Shown: positions 44,616-51,398 of the stretch, one piece after another
Layout: each line of letters begins with the position of its first letter
Position numbering within the stretch: the stretch's first letter is position 1
From: Escherichia phage YX22
DNA length: 64,000 nucleotides
Sequence record: OR776998
Direction: 5' to 3' (one strand)
Program-made: the position numbers and the translations under genes
The notes under the pieces: generated by a model
The model's database searches: none
What the model was told of the DNA's origin: nothing
What the model saw: the letters and a program-made list of their open reading frames with translations, nothing else

Positions 44616-44641
44616 TAGTTGCATGGAAGGGAGGGAACACT

Positions 44642-44788
44642 ATGTTTTACATGATGTTACTCCTCATCCTCCTGATCGGGATTACCTTTACTCTCCTGGG
44701 TCTACCCGATCAGTCTGGTAAACAGACGCCCACTTCGGCGCATCCGGTTTTGAGTGAAGGTTCGTCCGCACTGCTGTGGGCAGTGTAG
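44642..44788 (+). CDS. small membrane peptide (48 aa)
   Basis: Below the ORF-track cutoff. Strong GGGAGGG SD. MFYMMLLLILLIGITFTLLGL is a TM helix. Confidence 0.5.
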   Translation: MFYMMLLLILLIGITFTLLGLPDQSGKQTPTSAHPVLSEGSSALLWAV

Positions 44789-44989
44789 CTCAAAGAGGAG
44801 AGGATTTTTCAAATTAGCTGGGCTGTAGTAAAGTATTAAACACGAGGCGAATAGCGCGGTGGTAGTAGGGCTGGAACCCGAAACCAGGAAAGCCCAGTCT
44901 CAGGGCACCGTGACGAATAGAGGCGTAATATCAACCTCGCTGGTGTCGGTGGACGCACTGACCGTCGGAGAACGAAACCCCCTGTTGTA

Positions 44990-45079
44990 GCGTGATTAGC
45001 TCAGATGCTTGAGAGCGCCCCGTTGGCGAGTCGACACCAACATATAGGGGAGGACGGATCTGCCAGGTTCCATCACGCC
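44990..45079 (+). ncRNA. tRNA-like module (aberrant anticodon and T arms)
   Basis: Perfect 7-bp acceptor GCGTGAT/ATCACGC and a D arm TA-GCTC..GAGC. The anticodon arm is replaced by a 9-bp arm with a 10-nt loop. Confidence 0.35.
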
Positions 45080-45765
45080 GACAACATTATGAGTCTTCGT
45101 AGAGGGTTCATAATGTTGCGTCAAAGGGCAACACAGGCTCCTGTTGGTAGAATTAACTTGATTCATAGTTCCTGCTGATCTTCCCGGATTCGAAGGAGCA
45201 CCAACAGGCGAGGCCGGATGCGTAAGTTCCGGCAAAACGATGGTGGCACCCTCGCCAACAAAATAAAAGGTTTTATCAATAACGGGTTACAAAGTATAGT
45301 TAACCCACTGAACGGCAAGCTGTTTGAGTCCTGGTCACTCATAGCGTTGTGAACTAAGACAGGTACGTTTAGGACTCAAACAGGTTTTCGTTGTGCGTGA
45401 CTTTGCGGGTTTTTAGAAACTGACCAAGCAAATAAATGCTAATGATTCCGAAGTTCTGATGGCGGCGTAATAGCCTATAAGTCAGCGGGGTATTCCAGTT
45501 CCCTGTAACAGAATCTGGCGCATCGCGGCCCTGAGATGTGATTAATAAGTCAGGGCATACAATGACAATTCATTCACATGATAACTTGTCAGCAATCTGT
45601 GAAATTGTTTGTAGGCATACGAACAAGAGGTAATTCGAGGGAGAATCGGCTCCTACCGTGTAACAGACCAAGTGACGTACCACTAAACCGTCCCGGGCGG
45701 TCGAAATGTGGGGAGATGAGAGTGGTCCCCTGAAGTTATCAGTTGAATGAATTGTTAAATAAAAT

Positions 45766-45891
45766 GCCGTTACATCTGACTGTCCAAAGGGGATAATCTC
45801 CTGAGTAAGCAGAGGTGGGTTGCCTAAGTCAGATGGGATGTAAGGTCAACGCTGGCCGAACATTTGGGTTCGACTCCCTAAAACGGCACCA
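45766..45891 (+). ncRNA. 126-nt tRNA-like RNA ending in ACCA
   Basis: GCCGTT/AACGGC acceptor, GGGTTCGACTCCC T arm, and an encoded A-CCA. The core is expanded by a 9-bp helix (45773-81 with 45827-35). Confidence 0.4.
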
Positions 45892-46804
45892 CATCTTTGA
45901 GGATATTCTCACGAGTATCTTGAAAGATGTGAGCGAAGTCTTGCCATCAGCCCTGATCCCTGGCAGGTGAAGGGCACACAAATCGAAGTGCCTTGACAAT
46001 TTATCTTAAACCCAAAGGTTGATCTACAAATTGGGCGGCCAATCCGGTGGACGATAACAGCATATTGGGCCATACTGTTGAGTCAGGGCACTTCGATTTG
46101 TGAACTTGAGAGAGCATTGGGTGAAATAGACCATGCCTTGCAGATTGCGATGCCTACACATTCCGGACACTGGTGGGCACCAAGAAGAACTCAGTAGCAG
46201 ACGAGCCATCAGGGTTAGCTACCCGGCGCGGCGAGGACTGGGAGGCCGAACTAAGGGGAAACCCGAGACAGGCGTAGTATTCTCAAGTTCACAAAATGAA
46301 GAGCATTTAAAGAGTTCGATTCTCTTTCAGGCCATTCGTGGTGTGATGTGAGTCATGAATGTTCTTCATCTTTGGGTGATTTTATGTTGCCGGGCTATCA
46401 ACCCATGCTTGCTGGAGCAACCAGCGGCTCTGAATCAACCAGCCAGCCTCGTTTGGTCCGAGCGTTAGAGGACAAGTTGCTTCTACATAGAAGCTGCGAG
46501 TTTTAACATTTGGTTGCAACTTTGATGGCTCTGGATTTTATAAACCATGTCTATGGGTGACGCGGGATCTTTAGTACCAGAGCTATCAAAGTTGTGTCCA
46601 ACCCGATCTTGCAAGCCCGTATCCCTGTATGGTTAAGACTTGCAAGTGGAAAGCCCTGGAAAAATAAACGCCTGTGGCGAGGCTATGGTGCAAGCCAAAG
46701 ACCCACAGAAGCGCATGCCGTGAGGCGCACAAACAGGCATGCATGAACTGATCATGCACAAACGGGATAAAGGGTTGACAGTCCTTGGTTGGTCACAATA
46801 ATTT

Positions 46805-46881
46805 GGTCCTGTAGCTCAGTCGGTTAGAGCAGTGAACTCATAATTCATTGGTCGTTGGTTCAAATCCAACCAGGATCACCA
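46805..46881 (+). tRNA. tRNA with CAU anticodon (Met by anticodon; ileX-like, so possibly Ile2 reading AUA)
   Basis: Full cloverleaf: GGTCCTG/CAGGATC acceptor, GCTC..GAGC D arm, GTGAA-CTCATAA-TTCAT, GTTGG-TTCAAAT-CCAAC, encoded CCA. The variable loop TTGGTCG matches E. coli ileX. Confidence 0.9.
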
Positions 46882-47134
46882 TGTTAAGGGGTGTGAAACA
46901 TAACACTCCGACAAACACAGTAAGCGTTGCAGCCAGCTGTGTATAAAATGGGGATGACTCCGCATCGGAAACGATGCCCCAACTTCCAGAAATGGTCGGG
47001 CGCAAAGCCTGTAAAGTTCCAGGAGATCGAACCAGAAGGCACTGGTCGCCAGTTAACCAATCGGCGCTGAGAAGCGCGGGGAGTTGGGCTACGGCAGATC
47101 AAATGCTCAATCGGGTGTGAAGCCCGTCCAAATT

Positions 47135-47223
47135 GGAAGGTTGCCCGAGAGGTTTAAGGGACTCGACTGCTAATCGAGTGGGGCTTTTAGCCCCCGAAGG
47201 TTCGAATCCTTCACCTTCCGCCA
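47135..47223 (+). tRNA. tRNA-Ser (GCU)
   Basis: Class II cloverleaf: GGAAGGT/ACCTTCC, CTCGA-CTGCTAA-TCGAG, long variable arm GGGGC-tttta-GCCCC, GAAGG-TTCGAAT-CCTTC, G-CCA. Confidence 0.9.
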
Positions 47224-47442
47224 AATTACGGGCGTGACTTCCTGAAGAGTTAGAAGATGTGCATGTCGACTCTCTCTCGTAATCGGGGTGTTTAGGAAGT
47301 TAAGAAAATCGCGGCGAGGATAGTGAAATGCAAATAGCTTTCTCTACGTCGACGACTTCAGGTTCGACTCCTGACGCGCTCTCCCATAGGGTAGTACCAG
47401 TGCAAGCGTGTAGTCTTTCAACCCATCCCATCGATGTGGTGT

Positions 47443-47471
47443 AGCCGGATATCCTATCCGGCTTTCTTTTT
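47443..47471 (+). terminator. rho-independent terminator ending the RNA/tRNA unit
   Basis: AGCCGGATA-tcc-TATCCGGCT followed by TTCTTTTT. Confidence 0.75.
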
Positions 47472-47528
47472 ATCCCTGTCTTATTATCTTCTTATCGACC
47501 CAAGCATGTTCTCCTTTATCGTAGTTTG

Positions 47529-47555
47529 TTCAATGATACAAAGGGGGTTTAAAAT
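47529..47555 (+). promoter_or_regulatory. TTCAAT-N15-TAAAAT promoter-like element
   Basis: Upstream of the 47597 gene. It overlaps the GGGGGTT/AACCCCC hairpin. Confidence 0.4.
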
Positions 47556-47596
47556 TTAACCGTTAACCCCCCTATCATAGATTTGAGGATACACTA

Positions 47597-48259
47597 ATGC
47601 GTAATGTTTCTATCTGGGAATTGAACGAAGTGATTTCCCATGACACCCCTCCAATTGTCAGACTCTTCCAATACAAGGGTGTCAAGCGCACTCTGAATGA
47701 GTTCCTGTCGCCTGTTTACGTCTACCGTGATGGCGGGTTCTTCCGCCGCGATAAAAACATCCCGAACCTTGGTATGACGTTTGATTTGAGTATCAAAGGC
47801 CAGGTTGTATTGATGGGTTATGGTAGCCTAGAACAATCTGAGAAAGGCCAGGGCGCTCCACTTATGGTCTTCGGTTCGTTTGAACAAGCCGTGCACTGGC
47901 TGATCAGAAACGGATATGATTTCTATGGCGAAGAAAGCGCCAATTGGCGTCGTCGCAAGGTCAAGTCTGTTAATCTGGTGGATTTGAATCTGATGTACCA
48001 GGCCATGGCTCGCGAGTACGAAAAGAATCTCGTCAAGCCTGTCGCCCAGGAGAACAATAACAATGTTGTTAACGACGCAACTGAGTCTTCTCATCATGAC
48101 GTGAACATCGTTCCAGCCTGTGAAACGAAAGCGCCGACACCGCCCACTCCTCCGGCCAGTCGTGTTCTGAATGATCAGGGCGCTCCGGTAAAACAAAAGG
48201 TCAAGAAGCCGACTTTCATGGAAAACATGATGAAGTTCCTTCGTCTGTTCAAGAAATAA
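47597..48259 (+). CDS. hypothetical protein
   Basis: 220-aa ORF with a GAGGA SD. Confidence 0.65.
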   Translation: MRNVSIWELNEVISHDTPPIVRLFQYKGVKRTLNEFLSPVYVYRDGGFFRRDKNIPNLGMTFDLSIKGQVVLMGYGSLEQSEKGQGAPLMVFGSFEQAVHWLIRNGYDFYGEESANWRRRKVKSVNLVDLNLMYQAMAREYEKNLVKPVAQENNNNVVNDATESSHHDVNIVPACETKAPTPPTPPASRVLNDQGAPVKQKVKKPTFMENMMKFLRLFKK

Positions 48260-48283
48260 GCCGAGATTCTCCTTTTCTATATT

Positions 48284-48319
48284 CCTGTAGATACGCTATG
48301 ATAAGCCAATGTCTACAGG
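48284..48319 (+). promoter_or_regulatory. hairpin overlapping the SD of the PLP-enzyme gene
   Basis: CCTGTAGA/TCTACAGG (8 bp). The 3' arm runs into the AGGAG SD, 10 nt before the ATG. Confidence 0.35.
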
Positions 48320-48328
48320 AGAAATAGA

Positions 48329-49522
48329 ATGAACAAGACCATCTTCGATATCCTTTCCCTCGACCGCAACCTGGTCCATTGGGAAGATTATCTCTACAAG
48401 CACACCCCGTGCGAACTTGTCGTCAACCCAGAAACCAACCAGCAGGTCTGGTTCAAGCGTGAAGATTATTTTGCGCCGCTGTCTAACTATGCCAACGCCA
48501 AGCAGGGCATCAATGGCAGCAAACTCCGCCAGGCCATCTGGTTGATGGTTGAGCACCTCAAGGCCGGAGGCTCCCCTGACATCATCCATGGTACTGTCGT
48601 TGGTAGTCCGCAGTCCCCTATGGCGACGGCAGTCTCTCGGCACTTCGGCGGCAAGACAACCACTGTACTCGGAGCGACCAAACCCACCACCTGTATGAAC
48701 CACGACATGGTGGCAATGTCAGCCTGGTTTGGTAGTGAGTTCAACTTCGTCGGCTCGGGTTACAACAGCACGATCCAGCCGCGCTGTAAGAAGTTGATCG
48801 AACAACAGAATCCAAAGGCGTATTATCTGGAATATGGTATCACCCTCGACCATACAGCGCATTCTCCTGAGCGCATCGCTGGCTTCCATATGCTGGGTGG
48901 CGAGCAGGTTGCCAACATCCCTGACCATATTACCGATCTGATTATCCCAGCCGGATCGTGCAACTCTTGCACAAGTATCCTGACCGGGCTGGCAATGCAT
49001 CCGAAGCCTAATCTGAAGCGTGTGTATCTGATTGGCATCGGTCCGAACCGCCTGGACTTTATCGAGAGCCGTCTGCGCATCATCGGCAAACATGCCAATC
49101 TGCCGCACATTGTCGACTTCACCCGTCGCTATCACGACAACCCAGACTATGTACACGGCAAGAAGGAGCTTCAGCATGCCTCTAAGAGCGTTTCGCTGGC
49201 TGGCCTCCTGAGTGGTATCAGACATAAGGAAGAGCCAGAGGTCGTGCTTCCTCGCTTTGAGGTACACCATTGGGATCTTCATACCACTAATTGGGTTCGT
49301 TACAATGACCTGATGGAATATCAGTGGGGTGATATTGAGTTGCACCCTCGCTATGAAGGCAAGGTCATGACCTGGATCCAGCAGAACAAGCCAGAGGTGC
49401 TCAATGAGAACACTCTGTTCTGGATTGTGGGTAGCAAGCCATACATCGATCCGATGAAGGCAGCATGCCCTGAGCTGGCTATCCCTGAAACAGTTCCTGT
49501 AAACGAATTCACCCCTTCCTGA
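48329..49522 (+). CDS. PLP-dependent enzyme, ACC deaminase / D-cysteine desulfhydrase family (fold type II)
   Basis: FKREDY...NGSKLRQ (PLP lysine), IPAGSCNSCTSILTG (phosphate loop) and HPRYEGKVM, compared with the family motifs KRED..GGNKxRKL, GSxxG and DPVYEGK. Confidence 0.7.
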   Translation: MNKTIFDILSLDRNLVHWEDYLYKHTPCELVVNPETNQQVWFKREDYFAPLSNYANAKQGINGSKLRQAIWLMVEHLKAGGSPDIIHGTVVGSPQSPMATAVSRHFGGKTTTVLGATKPTTCMNHDMVAMSAWFGSEFNFVGSGYNSTIQPRCKKLIEQQNPKAYYLEYGITLDHTAHSPERIAGFHMLGGEQVANIPDHITDLIIPAGSCNSCTSILTGLAMHPKPNLKRVYLIGIGPNRLDFIESRLRIIGKHANLPHIVDFTRRYHDNPDYVHGKKELQHASKSVSLAGLLSGIRHKEEPEVVLPRFEVHHWDLHTTNWVRYNDLMEYQWGDIELHPRYEGKVMTWIQQNKPEVLNENTLFWIVGSKPYIDPMKAACPELAIPETVPVNEFTPS

Positions 49523-49617
49523 CCCTCCTGAACACCCCATACAATCCGTGTGGGGTATCTATGAAAACCTTCCTCCAATATTTCCGAGAGGCGTCCTGTA
49601 CAAACCAGACCTGGCAC

Positions 49618-49624
49618 CTAAATA
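49618..49624 (+). promoter_or_regulatory. late-promoter-like core CTAAATAccccc (plus strand)
   Basis: 34 nt upstream of the 49658 ATG. It is the only plus-strand member. Confidence 0.5.
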
Positions 49625-49657
49625 CCCCCATATGGCTAACCCACTGAGGAACCCAAC

Positions 49658-50116
49658 ATGCCAACCTCCAAATTGTTTGAATCAGAATACACCAATGACA
49701 TCCCTGTATGGACTGGTGTTCAAGACGGTATCACGATTGAGCTGTTTGATCGTGAAGAGACAGGCGCGGAAGAGATCTATGCAGGCGTTGAAGGCACTGA
49801 TGTTGTCCGCGCCGCCGTAGCACTTGCCACCTTCCTGGAAGATGCACCGATTGATGGCGTGCCGTTCGAGGCGCACGTAGATCCTAAGGATCCGACCTCT
49901 ATCATCATTACAGTGAATGGGGTGCCATACACTTCGTACAGCATCGAGACGGACGAAGAGGGCAGCGGAGCGCTGTATATTGCCACCGACCTGCAGCTGG
50001 AAGACGATGAGATGGATTATCTGATTCAGAACGGGGTGCTGCCACCGTTTACCGATGAAGAACTGGACACGGAACTGGCTGCTGTCGGGGACGACGAAGA
50101 CTTCTGGGAAGAATAA
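49658..50116 (+). CDS. acidic hypothetical protein
   Basis: 152-aa ORF with a GAGGA SD. Confidence 0.6.
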   Translation: MPTSKLFESEYTNDIPVWTGVQDGITIELFDREETGAEEIYAGVEGTDVVRAAVALATFLEDAPIDGVPFEAHVDPKDPTSIIITVNGVPYTSYSIETDEEGSGALYIATDLQLEDDEMDYLIQNGVLPPFTDEELDTELAAVGDDEDFWEE

Positions 50117-50118
50117 GA

Positions 50119-50139
50119 AAAGGGGCGTTAAGCCCCTTT
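50119..50139. terminator. bidirectional terminator
   Basis: AAAGGGGC-gttaa-GCCCCTTT between convergent genes. Confidence 0.65.
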
Positions 50140-50141
50140 CT

Positions 50142-50693
50142 TCATTTCACCTTGCGAGTTGGATATTGGTTAAAGAGTTTGCCCAGCTTAGACACGTTGA
50201 TGATCGTCTGGGTCTTCCAGCGCTGGATCCCTTCCGGGGTAGTCACGGTCAGGATTGAATGCCCCCAAATGTGAGAACCGTCCAGCACAGCCGCGCTGTG
50301 GCTACCAATCTTGTCTTCCAGTTTGCAAATGAAAGATTCATACTGATGGGCAGCGTTGCAACGGGCTTCTTTGATGAACAGACGCTGGCGCTCTGGATCA
50401 GACTTGACGATGTTAGGCGCACCCACTTGATAAGAGCGGTTCGGCGGGTTATTGTCGGCGGTCAGGCTCATATACAAAGACTGCTTTGCCTTCATGTGTT
50501 GGTAATCGTGGTGATCCATTCTGATGCCAACAGTTGATGGCCAAGGAGCGCACTTCTGAATATCCCAGCCGTTGGCGGCTAGATCGTCCATCACGTTCTT
50601 GATGATTTTGTTCGCGTACTGCTCGGCAGCTTCTTCGGCTTGCGACAACAGAGGCTCAACAGCGATACGGACAGCAGTTTTTGGTATTGTCAT
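50142..50693 (-). CDS. hypothetical protein
   Basis: ATG at 50693 (MTIPKT) with a GAAGGG SD. Confidence 0.6.
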   Translation of the reverse strand: MTIPKTAVRIAVEPLLSQAEEAAEQYANKIIKNVMDDLAANGWDIQKCAPWPSTVGIRMDHHDYQHMKAKQSLYMSLTADNNPPNRSYQVGAPNIVKSDPERQRLFIKEARCNAAHQYESFICKLEDKIGSHSAAVLDGSHIWGHSILTVTTPEGIQRWKTQTIINVSKLGKLFNQYPTRKVK

Positions 50694-50739
50694 GATATAG
50701 CCCTTCAGTTCAAAGTAAGCCCCCGGAGGGGCTTTGTAA

Positions 50740-51048
50740 TTAGACAAAGATGAATTTAGAATCTTTGAATGTCAAGCGGGAGCAAACTTCTTCAACCGCG
50801 TCAACCACCATAAAATCGTTGAATGCTTTGTGTAGGGCTTTCAGGAAGGAAGCCGGAACCAGCCCACACGCTGGGTTGTCAAACAAAGCCGAAGAGACGA
50901 CAGAGTTGAAAGTTGAGTCTGGAGTACAAGACTGGGCAATCATAAGCGCTTCTGCGTTTCTCACTGCGTGGAACTTAAAGGTAGCAACAACGGTTTCTTT
51001 GTTATATTTAGCCAGTTGTGCTTCAAATTGTTCTTTTGTGATTGCCAT
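50740..51048 (-). CDS. hypothetical protein
   Basis: ATG at 51048 (MAITKEQ) with an AAGGA SD. Confidence 0.55.
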   Translation of the reverse strand: MAITKEQFEAQLAKYNKETVVATFKFHAVRNAEALMIAQSCTPDSTFNSVVSSALFDNPACGLVPASFLKALHKAFNDFMVVDAVEEVCSRLTFKDSKFIFV

Positions 51049-51091
51049 GATGTATTTCCTTCTCTTCAGATTGTTGTTTGTTCGTACTACA

Positions 51092-51117
51092 ATTAGAAGT
51101 ATACGCCAGTTATTGAA
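51092..51117 (-). promoter_or_regulatory. TTCAAT-N14-TCTAAT promoter-like element
   Basis: The minus strand reads TTCAATAACTGGCGTATACTTCTAAT upstream of the 51048 start. Confidence 0.4.
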
Positions 51118-51143
51118 GAAGTAAACTTTATTCAATAAATATT

Positions 51144-51356
51144 TTAATAAATTTTGAACTCTGCTCCTTTATACACAGCCGACCCTCGTTCTATGAGACC
51201 GTCAGGGACAATTACCTTTGTTGGCCAACCACCATCTGGAGCCTTAACAGTCAGGCGCGTCTTATGATCGCCCAGCTGTGTTTGTTCATATATCCTTCCG
51301 CGCACTATCGTCGCCCCGCCTTGGGTGACGAGCAATCTCTTGTTTACCACATTCAT
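51144..51356 (-). CDS. hypothetical protein
   Basis: 70-aa ORF. Confidence 0.5.
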   Translation of the reverse strand: MNVVNKRLLVTQGGATIVRGRIYEQTQLGDHKTRLTVKAPDGGWPTKVIVPDGLIERGSAVYKGAEFKIY

Positions 51357-51375
51357 TCCCTAAACACCAAAAGAA

Positions 51376-51393
51376 AGGGGAGTTTCCTCCCCT
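51376..51393 (-). terminator. terminator
   Basis: AGGGGAG-tttc-CTCCCCT. TTTCTTTTGG follows on the minus strand. Confidence 0.6.
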
Positions 51394-51398
51394 TGAAC

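Larger units (their letters stand above)
44789..46804 (+). ncRNA. ~2-kb ORF-poor, helix-dense transcribed region (uncharacterised RNA / decayed tRNA array)
   Basis: No credible ORF on either strand. It lies between promoters at 43952/44592 and the terminator at 47443, on the same strand as the tRNAs. It contains 13-, 17-, 18- and 21-bp helices and tRNA-like ends. Confidence 0.5.

Noticed and set aside
45766-45891. tmRNA interpretation of the tRNA-like RNA
   Set aside because: It is far too short, has no G3:U70 pair, and has no tag reading frame or pseudoknot set that I can see.
44789-46804. CRISPR array, or a retron msr/msd, as an explanation of the ORF-free region
   Set aside because: There are no regularly spaced direct repeats, only inverted repeats. 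No reverse transcriptase or cas gene is nearby.
47046-47075. Minus-strand CTCCCCGCGC resembling the core of the E. coli type I-E CRISPR repeat
   Set aside because: Only the first half matches and the complementary GCGGGG half is absent. It is probably chance.
48719-49540. 273-aa minus-strand ORF. Similar long antisense ORFs occur at 55709-56623, 59037-59819 and 61637-62323.
   Set aside because: Each overlaps a better-supported plus-strand gene that has an SD and recognisable motifs.
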